The translations under genes and the position numbers were made by a program. Positions 37,215 to 45,718 of a stretch of DNA of 63,561 bases are shown piece after piece; position 1 is the stretch's first letter; every line of letters starts with the position of its first letter. Where the stretch lies: positions 1 through 63,561 of the forward strand of contig DATJGP010000173.1 in assembly GCA_035494915.1 (NCBI GenBank), written 5' to 3'. A model generated the notes under the pieces. That model was given only the letters and a program-made list of their open reading frames with translations. It was not told the origin of the DNA and did not search any database. The stretch is from Candidatus Eiseniibacteriota bacterium (GTDB lineage: Bacteria; Eisenbacteria; RBG-16-71-46; SZUA-252).

Positions 37215-38308
37215 TGCGCATTCTCCTCCTCGCGCACGCCCCGTCCACCCACACCGCCCTCTGGGCTCGCGCGCTCGCGGCCCGTGGACACGCGATCCGT
37301 CTCTTGTCGGCGGAGCCGGGCGCGCCTGGTCCGGTGTCCACGCGCGTGGTGGGAACGAGCGTGCCGCTTCAGGCGCTTCGCTACGCGAGCGCGCGCGGAG
37401 CGGTGCGCGAGGAGATCCAGCGCTTCAAGCCCGACGTCACCGTGGCTCACTTCCTTCCCAACTACGGCTTCCTCGCCGCCCTCGCGGGCGCGCGCCCCTG
37501 GATGCTCGTCTGCTGGGGGTCCGACCTCCTCGTGAACGCCTGGAAGACGCCGCTCCATCGCGCGCGAGCGCGATGGACGCTCCGGAAGGCGGATCGAATC
37601 CACGTGGACGCGGCCAACCTGGCGCGCGCGGCGGAGGAGCTGGGCGCGCCGCGCGATCGAATCTGGACCCGCGCGTGGGGCGTCGACGTTCCGTCGCTCG
37701 CTCCGTCCGAGACGTGGAGCGCGCGGCGCGAGCGGAGCCCCGCGCTCCGGATCCTCTGGACGCGGCAGCTCGAGGATCTCTACGACCCCGAGACGTTCAT
37801 CCGCGCGCTCGGCGCGCTCGGACGGCGCGGCGTGCCGTTCGAGGCGACCATCGCGGGATCGGGGCCGCTTCGCATGGGGCTCGAGCGGCTGGCCAAGCGG
37901 GAGAAGGTCGCCGACCGCATCGCCTGGACCGGCTGGGTCGACCGTCCCCGGATCACCGCGCTCTATCGAAGCCATCATGCGTACGTGTCGCTCTCGCGCT
38001 CCGATTCCACGTCGCAGTCGCTCCTCGAGGCGATGGCGGCGGGGCTCGTGCCGGTCGTCACCGACATCGATGGGAATCTCGAGTGGGTGCGCCACCGGCG
38101 CGAGGGGCTGCTCGTTCCCACAGGCGATGAAGAAGCGGTCGCCGCGGCGCTGGCCGAGGTGGCGAAGGACGCCGCGTCCGCGGAGGCGATGTCGGAGCGC
38201 TCGGCCACGGTCGCGCGCGAGCGGGGGAATCTCGCCGACACGGTGGACCTGATCGAGCGGCAGCTCAGCGAGCTGGCCGGCGCTCCGGCCGCTCGGGCGG
38301 TCTCGTGA
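37214..38308 (+). CDS. glycosyltransferase family 4 (GT-B)
   Basis: N-terminus VRILLLAHAPSTHT. C-terminal SRSDSTSQSLLEAMAAGLVPVVTDIDGNLEWVRHRREGLLVP signature. Confidence 0.8.
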   Translation: MRILLLAHAPSTHTALWARALAARGHAIRLLSAEPGAPGPVSTRVVGTSVPLQALRYASARGAVREEIQRFKPDVTVAHFLPNYGFLAALAGARPWMLVCWGSDLLVNAWKTPLHRARARWTLRKADRIHVDAANLARAAEELGAPRDRIWTRAWGVDVPSLAPSETWSARRERSPALRILWTRQLEDLYDPETFIRALGALGRRGVPFEATIAGSGPLRMGLERLAKREKVADRIAWTGWVDRPRITALYRSHHAYVSLSRSDSTSQSLLEAMAAGLVPVVTDIDGNLEWVRHRREGLLVPTGDEEAVAAALAEVAKDAASAEAMSERSATVARERGNLADTVDLIERQLSELAGAPAARAVS

Positions 38309-39630
38309 AACGGCTCCTCGCGATCGCCTACTTTTTCCCACCACTCGGCGGCGGAGGCTGTCAGCGGACGCTCAAGCTCGTGCGCTACCTCGAGCCCGAG
38401 GGGTGGGCGTCGACCGTGGTGACCACGCGGGACGCCGACTACTGGATCCTCGATCCGTCCCTCGAAGCCGAGATCCCGAGAACGGCGGAGGTGATCCGCG
38501 TGGGCGGGATCACCTCCCTCCGGCTCGTGCGTCTCCTCGCGGAGGCCGGCGGCATCGAGCGGCGGCAAGGCGCGCGCGACGCGCGCGCGTTCCAAAGGCT
38601 GAGGCGCGCGCAGTCGTGGCTGCTCCTGCCCGATGGGTACCGCGCCTGGGCGCGCGAAGCGCAGCGCGCGGCGGCGCGCCGGATCGCGGCGGGCGGGATC
38701 GACGCGCTCTGGACGACCTCGTCGCCGGAGAGCGCCCATCTCGCCGGGCTGGCCCTGAAGCGTCGCTTCGGGATCCCCTGGGTCGCCGACTTTCGCGATC
38801 CCTGGGTGGGGCGCGTCACGTACGCGCCTCCGACGTCGTGGCACGACGCGCGCCACAGGGAGCTCGAGCGCTCGGTCGTGACGGCGGCCGATCGCGTGAC
38901 CCTGGTGAGCGAGCCGATGACCGCTCTTTACCGGGAGCGCTATCCCGATCTCCCGGGTGAGACATTCGTGACCCTCCCGAATGGCGTCGACTCGGACGAC
39001 TGGCGCCGCGTGGCCGAGCTTCCGGCATCGCCCGACTCGCGCGACGAAGGGCGCTGCGTGCTCCTTCACGCGGGGCAGCTCGCGCACCGCCCCACGGTGC
39101 GCACGCTCCTCGACGCGGTCGAGCGCGTGATCTCGGCCGATCCGAGCGCGCGGGATCAGCTCCGGCTCCGGTTCCTGGGCGGAAACGAGGAGCTGAGGCC
39201 GGGGGAGTGGTCCGAGCGCGGCCTCGACGGGATCGTGCAGGCGGAGCCGTCGCGGCCGCATCTCGAGGCGCTCCAGGCCATGCGCCGTGCCTACGCCCTC
39301 GTCCTCCTGGGGCACGGCGGCGACGCCGACTCGCTCCTCTACACGGGAAAGATCTACGAGTACCTGACGAGCGGCCGCCCCATCCTCGGGGTCCTGGACC
39401 CCGGCCCGGCCGCGGACCTGATCCTCGAGGCCGGGGCCGGGACGGTTTCCCGGCCTGGCGACGAGGCCTCGACCGCCCGAGCCATCGAGAATCTCCTCCG
39501 GTCCTTCCGAGAGGGCCAGGACTCGGCGGTCCGGCCCCCGGCCGCCCTGGCCGGAGGCTGGGAGCGGAAGGCCATGGCCGGCCGGGCCGCGGCCCTCCTC
39601 GGACGCCTCGTTTCGCCCGTCGCGGGCTAG
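38305..39630 (+). CDS. GT-B glycosyltransferase (GT4-like)
   Basis: AYFFPPLGGGGCQRTLKLVRYL N-terminus and YTGKIYEYLTSGRPILG C-terminal motif. GTGA overlap upstream. Confidence 0.7.
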   Translation: MKRLLAIAYFFPPLGGGGCQRTLKLVRYLEPEGWASTVVTTRDADYWILDPSLEAEIPRTAEVIRVGGITSLRLVRLLAEAGGIERRQGARDARAFQRLRRAQSWLLLPDGYRAWAREAQRAAARRIAAGGIDALWTTSSPESAHLAGLALKRRFGIPWVADFRDPWVGRVTYAPPTSWHDARHRELERSVVTAADRVTLVSEPMTALYRERYPDLPGETFVTLPNGVDSDDWRRVAELPASPDSRDEGRCVLLHAGQLAHRPTVRTLLDAVERVISADPSARDQLRLRFLGGNEELRPGEWSERGLDGIVQAEPSRPHLEALQAMRRAYALVLLGHGGDADSLLYTGKIYEYLTSGRPILGVLDPGPAADLILEAGAGTVSRPGDEASTARAIENLLRSFREGQDSAVRPPAALAGGWERKAMAGRAAALLGRLVSPVAG

Positions 39631-39684
39631 TTCTTACCCACCACACCCCCTTCCGCTCCACCCAGCGCCAAAGCCCTGGGCCCC

Positions 39685-39749
39685 AATAAAATAAAATTTC
39701 AGAAAAATGACGATTGTTTGTTGACACCCCCCGGCCGCCCTTCTAGGAT
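39685..39749 (+). promoter_or_regulatory. dcw-cluster promoter (UP-like A/T tract, -35, -10)
   Basis: AATAAAATAAAATTTCAGAAAAATGACGATTGTTTG A/T-rich tract (39685..39720) in an otherwise GC-rich genome. TTGACA (39721..39726), 17-nt spacer, TAGGAT (39744..39749). Confidence 0.65.
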
Positions 39750-39756
39750 GCGCGGC

Positions 39757-39781
39757 GTGGCAAATTGTGGGGCGAAGTGGG
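39757..39781 (+). promoter_or_regulatory. MraZ operator: three direct GTGG(G) repeats with 10-bp phasing
   Basis: GTGGcaaatt GTGGggcgaa GTGGgg at 39757, 39767 and 39777. It lies immediately downstream of the -10 box and upstream of mraZ. Confidence 0.7.
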
Positions 39782-39833
39782 GAACCAACTAGCCCCATCC
39801 TTCCGGCAGCACAAGCGAGCGAGAGCGAGGGGA

Positions 39834-40274
39834 ATGGCAGCGTTCCGGGGGAGCTATCAGCACTCCGTGGACCACAAGGGCCGCGTGAGCATCCCCGCCC
39901 GTTTTCGGCGCACCCTCTCCGGTGATGCCGAAGGCTCCTTCGTCGTACTCCGGGGTCTCGACGCGTGCGTGTGGCTGTTTCCGGCGGACGAGTTCAAGCG
40001 GTTCGAGGACCGGCTGCGCGGGCGCTCCTTCGGCGACGAAGTGGCGCGGCGCTTTCAGCGCATGTTCCTCCTCGATTCGCGGGACGAGACGCTCGACGCG
40101 CAGGGACGCGTCGCGATTCCGCCGCGCCTCCTCGAGCACGCGAAGATCACGAAGGACGTGCTCGTGAACGGCGTGCTCGACCATCTCGAGGTCTGGGATC
40201 CCAAGGTGTTCGAGCAGTACATGGCGTCCTCCGACCGCACCTACGAGGACATCGCCGGGGAGCTGCTCCTGTGA
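39834..40274 (+). CDS. mraZ: transcriptional regulator MraZ
   Basis: Two SpoVT/AbrB-like halves (DHKGRVSIPARFR and DAQGRVAIPPRLL). ATG 39834 is preceded by GAGGGGA. The track start at 39765 lies inside the operator. Confidence 0.92.
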   Translation: MAAFRGSYQHSVDHKGRVSIPARFRRTLSGDAEGSFVVLRGLDACVWLFPADEFKRFEDRLRGRSFGDEVARRFQRMFLLDSRDETLDAQGRVAIPPRLLEHAKITKDVLVNGVLDHLEVWDPKVFEQYMASSDRTYEDIAGELLL

Positions 40275-40702
40275 TCGCGATCCCGAGCATGCGACCCGCG
40301 CTCAGGGCCGACCGTCCGACGTGCCAGTGGGAGCTCTCGCGCGCGGGCGGCCCGGTCCGGCTCCGGCTCTATGGCGTGCTCGGCACGCGCGATCTGGATC
40401 GGGTGGCGGACACGCTGCGGGACCGGTGCCGCTCGCCGCGCGATCTCGCGTGCGTCGACTTCGACGAGGTCGAGCACCTCGACTACCGCGCGCTCGCCGA
40501 CTTCGTCGCGCGCCTCGGTCGTCAGCGCGAGCGCGGGGCATCGGTCTGGCTCGTGGGTTTGAATCCGTACTTGAGGGCGCTCTTCCAGGTGGCGGGGCAG
40601 GGCCCCGCGCTGGCGCGGCTCGAATGGGGCGCCGGGGAGAGTGCGGAGACGAAGGACGGAAGGATGTCCCATGCCGAGGCGTGGGACGGGATGGTGGCCT
40701 AG
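40271..40702 (+). CDS. STAS-domain (anti-sigma-factor-antagonist-like) protein
   Basis: LRLYGVLGTRDLDRVADTL…DLACVDFDEVEHLDYRALADFVARLGRQRERGASVWLVGLNPYLRALFQVAG fits the SpoIIAA/RsbV STAS pattern. The GTG overlaps the mraZ stop (an alternative ATG is at 40289). It ends 6 nt before rsmH. Confidence 0.6.
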   Translation: MIAIPSMRPALRADRPTCQWELSRAGGPVRLRLYGVLGTRDLDRVADTLRDRCRSPRDLACVDFDEVEHLDYRALADFVARLGRQRERGASVWLVGLNPYLRALFQVAGQGPALARLEWGAGESAETKDGRMSHAEAWDGMVA

Positions 40703-40708
40703 AGAGAG

Positions 40709-41623
40709 ATGCCGGGACACGTCCCGGTTTTGAAAGAGGAAGCAATCCGGTGGCTGGTCACCGATCCCGAGGGCGTCTACGTCGACGTGACCCTCGGTCT
40801 CGGGGGCCACTCGAGGGAACTGGTGGCGGCGTTGGGAGGAGGAGGAAGGGTGATCGCGTTGGACTGCGATCCGGCGGCGGTTGAGCGCGCGAGCGCGAAC
40901 CCGCCGGCGCCGCCACCCCGTTTCACCCCCGTTCGGGGGCGTTTTTCCGATCTCGATACCCGACTCGATCAAATCGGAATCACCGAAGTCGACGGGATCC
41001 TGGCCGATCTGGGCTTGAGCTCGGACCAGCTGGACGATCCCGCCCGTGGACTCTCGTTCGCCACCGAGGGACCGCTCGACATGCGACTCGATCCGTCCCG
41101 GCCGATGTCGGCCGATGCGCTGATTCGAAGCGTCGACGATCGAGCGCTCGAGCGGATCCTCGGAACCTATGGCGAGCTGCCGCGCGCACGGACCGCCGTG
41201 CGCGCGATCCGCCGTGCCGAGCGCGCCGTGCAGCCCCTCACGACCGGGGCCCTTCGCGACGCGCTCGCTCCGATCTATCCCGGCCCCCAGCGTCCCCGCC
41301 GCCTGGCGCAGGCGTTCCAGGCGCTCCGCGTCGCCGTGAACCACGAGATGGAGGAGCTCGAGGCGCTCCTCGAAACGGCCGCTCGGCGCACGCGCACGAA
41401 CGGCCGCCTCTGCGTGATCGCCTATCATTCCCTGGAGGACCGGATCGTGAAGAACGCGCTCCGTCCCCCTCGCCCTCTCGACGTTTGGGAGGAACCGGCC
41501 GAAACCCCGTGGACCCCCCTCACGCGGAAGCCGATTCGTCCCTCCGACGAGGAAGTCGCCGCCAACCCCCGCGCCGCGAGCGCGCGGCTCCGGGTGGCGG
41601 AGCGAAAGGAGAACCACCGGTGA
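40709..41623 (+). CDS. rsmH: 16S rRNA (cytosine1402-N4)-methyltransferase
   Basis: HVPVL, DVTLGLGGHS, ADLGLSSDQLD and AYHSLEDRIVKNAL motifs. Confidence 0.93.
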   Translation: MPGHVPVLKEEAIRWLVTDPEGVYVDVTLGLGGHSRELVAALGGGGRVIALDCDPAAVERASANPPAPPPRFTPVRGRFSDLDTRLDQIGITEVDGILADLGLSSDQLDDPARGLSFATEGPLDMRLDPSRPMSADALIRSVDDRALERILGTYGELPRARTAVRAIRRAERAVQPLTTGALRDALAPIYPGPQRPRRLAQAFQALRVAVNHEMEELEALLETAARRTRTNGRLCVIAYHSLEDRIVKNALRPPRPLDVWEEPAETPWTPLTRKPIRPSDEEVAANPRAASARLRVAERKENHR

Positions 41624-42132
41624 GTCTGACCCTGGAGCGCGCCCTTCCCGCACGAGACGTGGCCCCGGGCGCGAAGGAGCGCCCCGACCAGGCCTATCTT
41701 CGCCGCTACGCCGTTCGCGGACGCCGCGCACGCTATGGCATGCCGCTCCTCATGGGCCTCGCGGTGCTCCTCCTTCTCATGGCACGGGTCTGGGAGAACA
41801 CGGTCGCGCACGGGACCGCGATGGAGCGCGACCGGCTTCGCCGCGAGGTTCGAGCGCTCGAGAACCGGCTCCAGCTCTCGTCCGAGGTGAGTGAGCAGTC
41901 GTCGCTCCTCTCCGGCGTGGATCCCCGCTCGCTCCGCGAGCTCGGCTTCCTCGCTCCCGATCCCGCGCACATCGTCGACATCGATCTGCAACAGTCGCTC
42001 CCGCGCGCCATGCCGGGCGGTGGCGTCGCCGCACGCGTGAGCTCGTGGTTCCAGGGACTCAGGCGTCGCAACGTCACGCCCGCGACTCGGGGCGTGGATG
42101 CGGTGCCGGTGCGCGCGCAGGTGGGACCGTGA
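41620..42132 (+). CDS. ftsL: cell division protein FtsL-like (bitopic, coiled coil)
   Basis: Located between rsmH and ftsI. Single TM helix (MPLLMGLAVLLLLMARVW) followed by a heptad-like segment (RDRLRREVRALENRLQL). GTGA overlap upstream. Confidence 0.65.
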   Translation: MSLTLERALPARDVAPGAKERPDQAYLRRYAVRGRRARYGMPLLMGLAVLLLLMARVWENTVAHGTAMERDRLRREVRALENRLQLSSEVSEQSSLLSGVDPRSLRELGFLAPDPAHIVDIDLQQSLPRAMPGGGVAARVSSWFQGLRRRNVTPATRGVDAVPVRAQVGP

Positions 42133-44228
42133 TTCCGAACGACGCCCGGCGCCTCCGCCTTCTCGCGGTCGTCGGGCTCGCCGCGTTCCTCGTGCTCCTC
42201 TCCCGGCTCGTCCAGATCCAGGTGGTCCAGCACGAGAGCTTCGCCAGGGCCGCGCGGCAGCAGCAGACGCGGCGCGTCCTCCTCGAGCCGGAGCGCGGCC
42301 GGATCTTCGACCGCCACCTCCGCTCCCTCGCCGACAACGTCGCCCTGAGCCGCCTCTCCGTGCGTCCCAAGGACGTGAAGAACGCGCGCGCCATCCAGAC
42401 CTTTCTCGCGAAGGCCGCGGGGCAGAACGCCGTGAGCCGTTTCAAGGCCGGTCGGAGCCGCCATGCCGCCTACATCCGCCTCTCGTCCTCGCTCTCGCCG
42501 CAGCAGGAGCTCGCGCTCCAGGCCACGCAGCTTCCCGAGGGACTCCGGGTCGAGGCCGTGCCCGGGCGCGTCTATCCGCTCGAGACGGTCGCCCGCTCCG
42601 TGGTGGGCGTGATCGGTAGCGAGGGAGACGGGCTCGAAGGACTCGAGCGCGTGTACGACCGGGAGCTCAAGGGGAAGAGCGGGTGGGCGACGCTCTTCTG
42701 CGACGCGCGCGGCGCCGCGTACGAGCTGCCGCGGAGCCTGGTGAAGCTCCCCGAGTCGGGAGAGAGCATCGTCTCGACCATCGATCTCGACGCGCAGTCG
42801 ATCGCGGCGATCGAGCTGAAGAAGGCGGTGGAGAAGAACGGCGCCAAGGGCGGCATGGCCGTCTTCGCCGATCCGAGGACCGGCGACATCCTCGCCATGG
42901 TCACCGTGGACGCCGAGGGGCGCACGGACTCGGGCCAGCACCGGAACCGCGTCATCGCCGACCAGTACGAGCCCGGCTCCACGTTCAAGATCCTCGCCGG
43001 ATGCGCCGCGCTCGAGGAGCGGCTCCTCCAGCCGTCCGATTCGTTCTACGTCGACAAGGGAGAGGCGGACGTCGGCGGGTTCACGATCCACGACTCGCAT
43101 CCCGAGACCCGCTGGTACACGTTCCGCGACGCGACCGCGCTCTCGAGCAACGTCTGCTACGCGCGCATCGGGACCAAGGTCGGCGCGAAGACGCTCTACG
43201 GCTACGCGCGGCTCTTCGGCTTCGGCCAGCCCACGCGCATCATGCTGCCGGGCGAGGCGCCCGGGCAGATCCGCCACCCCGACAAGTGGTCCGGCCGCTC
43301 GCTCGCGACCATCTCCATCGGCCAGGAAGTGCTCGTCACGCCTCTGCAGATCCTCATGGCGTACTGCGCGATCGCGAATGGCGGCGAGCTCCTTCGCCCG
43401 CGCGTGGTCTCGACCGTGGTGGACGATCAGGGCTCGCCGATCCGCGAGGTTCCGGTCGAGCACGTGCGCCGCGTGGTCTCGTCCGAGACCGCGCGCACGT
43501 TCCGATCCTTCCTGCGCGACGCGGTGCTGACCGGGACGGCGAACGAGGCGGCGCTTCCGTGGTGCGAGGTGGCGGGGAAGACCGGTACGGCGCAGAAGGC
43601 GCTCGAGGGCGGTCGGGGCTACGGCGCCGGCGCCTACATCTCGTCCTTCGTCGGCATGGCTCCCTACGAGAATCCATCCGTCGTCGGGCTCATCGTCATC
43701 GACGAGCCCCGCGGCGGCCTCTACTACGGCGGCTCCGTCGCCGCGCCGGTGTTCCGCGACATCCTCGCCGCGTGGGCGCTTCAGGGGCGCGGCCCCATCG
43801 CGCTCCCGCCCTCTTCGGTGGTGCGCGGGGACGACGAGCCGAGGGCGCGCATGGCGGTTCCGGACGTTCGCCTCCTCGAGATCGATCGGGCCCGCGAGGT
43901 CCTCGCGCATGCGGGCTACGGGCTTCGCGTCGCCTCGGGCGGCGCCGTCGGTGGTCGCGTGATGGCGCAGACTCCGGCTCCCGGAACCGAGATCGGATCG
44001 GGCGCGGTGATCGAGCTCGCTCTCGACACGGGAGGCGACGGAGACACCACCGTTCCCGATCTCCACGGCCTGGCGCTCAGGGACGCGCTGGCGCGGCTCA
44101 CCGCGAGCGCGATCGAGGTCGCGCGCGTCGAGGGGAGCGGCACCGTCGTCCGTCAGTCGCTCGAAGCGGGCAAGACCGTCAAGAAGGGGACCCGGTGCAC
44201 GCTGGTCCTCTCGCCGCGAGGCGCCTGA
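42129..44228 (+). CDS. ftsI: class B penicillin-binding protein (FtsI/PBP2x-type) with two C-terminal PASTA domains
   Basis: TM anchor, dimerisation domain and transpeptidase motifs STFK, SSN and KTGTA. Two PASTA-like repeats start at VPDVRLLEIDRAREVL and VPDLHGLALRDALARL. Confidence 0.9.
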   Translation: MIPNDARRLRLLAVVGLAAFLVLLSRLVQIQVVQHESFARAARQQQTRRVLLEPERGRIFDRHLRSLADNVALSRLSVRPKDVKNARAIQTFLAKAAGQNAVSRFKAGRSRHAAYIRLSSSLSPQQELALQATQLPEGLRVEAVPGRVYPLETVARSVVGVIGSEGDGLEGLERVYDRELKGKSGWATLFCDARGAAYELPRSLVKLPESGESIVSTIDLDAQSIAAIELKKAVEKNGAKGGMAVFADPRTGDILAMVTVDAEGRTDSGQHRNRVIADQYEPGSTFKILAGCAALEERLLQPSDSFYVDKGEADVGGFTIHDSHPETRWYTFRDATALSSNVCYARIGTKVGAKTLYGYARLFGFGQPTRIMLPGEAPGQIRHPDKWSGRSLATISIGQEVLVTPLQILMAYCAIANGGELLRPRVVSTVVDDQGSPIREVPVEHVRRVVSSETARTFRSFLRDAVLTGTANEAALPWCEVAGKTGTAQKALEGGRGYGAGAYISSFVGMAPYENPSVVGLIVIDEPRGGLYYGGSVAAPVFRDILAAWALQGRGPIALPPSSVVRGDDEPRARMAVPDVRLLEIDRAREVLAHAGYGLRVASGGAVGGRVMAQTPAPGTEIGSGAVIELALDTGGDGDTTVPDLHGLALRDALARLTASAIEVARVEGSGTVVRQSLEAGKTVKKGTRCTLVLSPRGA

Positions 44229-45718
44229 TCGAAGCCTCCGCCCGGCACGCCGCCTCGATCGCCCGGATCGTGGGCGCGGTCGAGGTGCACGGATCGCCGC
44301 GCGGCGTCTGGGAGCGCGTCCAGTACGACTCGCGCGCGGTCGGATCGGGAGACGTCTTCGTCGCCGTTCGCGGACAGAAGCAGGACGGCCACGCGCATCT
44401 ACGGCAGGCGCGCGATCAGGGGGCGGTCGCCGCCGTCGTCGAGACCGTGACGCCGGGGCTCGACCTCCCGCAGATCCGCGTGACCGACTCGAGGCGCGCC
44501 CTCGCGCTCCTCGCCGCGGAAGAGACAGGCCATCCCTCGCGCGAGCTCGTGATGGTCGGCGTGACCGGGACCAACGGCAAGACCACGACGGCCCACCTGA
44601 TCGCGGCGGAGCTCGAGGCGCGCGGCGAGCGCGTGGGCGTGATCGGAACCGTCGGCTACAAGTTCGGCGGACAGACCGAGCCCGCCCCGCACACGACCCC
44701 CGAGGCGCCCGATCTGTCCCGGCTCCTTCGACGCTTCCGCGACCGCGGCGCGACCGCCGTGGCCATGGAGGTCTCCTCGCACGCGCTCGCGCTCGACCGG
44801 ACCTACGGCGTCGCGTTCGACGCGGGCGTGTTCACCAACCTGACGCAGGATCATCTGGATTTCCACGGGACCATGGAGGCCTACCGGGACGCCAAGGCGC
44901 GGCTCTTCCGCGCGGATGCGCGCGGCGATCGCACGAAGGCGTTCGTAGGGGCCGTCAACACGGACGATCCCGAAGGGCGCTGGATCCGAGAGCATGGAGA
45001 CCCCCCCATGCTCGGATTCGGCCTCGAGCCCGGAGCGGAGGTGACGGCGGAAGAGATCCAGTGGGAGCGGTCTGGCACGAGACTCCGGATCCGAAGCCCG
45101 CAGGGAAGCTCTTCAGTCGCCCTCCGTCTCCGTGGCGCCTTCAACGTCATGAACGCGCTCGCGGCCTTCACCGCGGGGCTCGCCGTCGGCATCCCGGTGA
45201 GCGCCATCGCGGCCGGCCTCGAGTCGGTCGCGTCGGTGCCGGGGCGGCTCGAGCCGGTCGAGGCGGGACAGCCCTTCCTCGTGCTCGTCGACTACGCGCA
45301 CACGCCGGACGCGCTCCTCCGCGCGCTCGACGCCGTCCGCGCGACCGGACCGAGGCGGCTCCTCTGCGTGTTCGGGTGCGGCGGCGACCGCGACCGCGGC
45401 AAGCGGCCCTTGATGGGAGCGGTGGCCGCGGAGCACGCGGACGAGGTATTCCTGACCTCGGACAATCCACGGAGCGAGGATCCGCGTGCCATCCTGGCCG
45501 AGATCGAGGCGGGCGTGCGCGGCGCCGCGCACGTGCATACCATCGTGGACCGCACGGAGGCGATCGGCGCGGCGGTGGAAGCCTGTGGAGAAGGAGACGC
45601 GCTCTTGATCGCGGGGAAGGGACACGAGACCTACCAGATCCTCGGCGCGCGCACCATTCCCTACGACGACCGGAAGGTCGCGCGAGAGGCCCTCGACGCG
45701 CGGGGGTATCGCGCGTGA
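44195..45718 (+). CDS. murE: UDP-N-acetylmuramoyl-L-alanyl-D-glutamate--2,6-diaminopimelate ligase
   Basis: YDSRAV.SGDVFVAV.G...DGH, GVTGTNGKTTT and DYAHTPDAL motifs. The start is uncertain: GTG 44195 (34-nt overlap with ftsI), CTG 44225 or GTG 44270. Confidence 0.88.
   Translation: MHAGPLAARRLIEASARHAASIARIVGAVEVHGSPRGVWERVQYDSRAVGSGDVFVAVRGQKQDGHAHLRQARDQGAVAAVVETVTPGLDLPQIRVTDSRRALALLAAEETGHPSRELVMVGVTGTNGKTTTAHLIAAELEARGERVGVIGTVGYKFGGQTEPAPHTTPEAPDLSRLLRRFRDRGATAVAMEVSSHALALDRTYGVAFDAGVFTNLTQDHLDFHGTMEAYRDAKARLFRADARGDRTKAFVGAVNTDDPEGRWIREHGDPPMLGFGLEPGAEVTAEEIQWERSGTRLRIRSPQGSSSVALRLRGAFNVMNALAAFTAGLAVGIPVSAIAAGLESVASVPGRLEPVEAGQPFLVLVDYAHTPDALLRALDAVRATGPRRLLCVFGCGGDRDRGKRPLMGAVAAEHADEVFLTSDNPRSEDPRAILAEIEAGVRGAAHVHTIVDRTEAIGAAVEACGEGDALLIAGKGHETYQILGARTIPYDDRKVAREALDARGYRA

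Noticed and set aside
39631-39684. A terminator at the end of the glycosylation operon (GCCCTGGGC followed by an A/T-rich tract).
   Set aside because: The stem would have a 1-nt loop. The A/T tract is better explained as the UP-like element of the dcw promoter.
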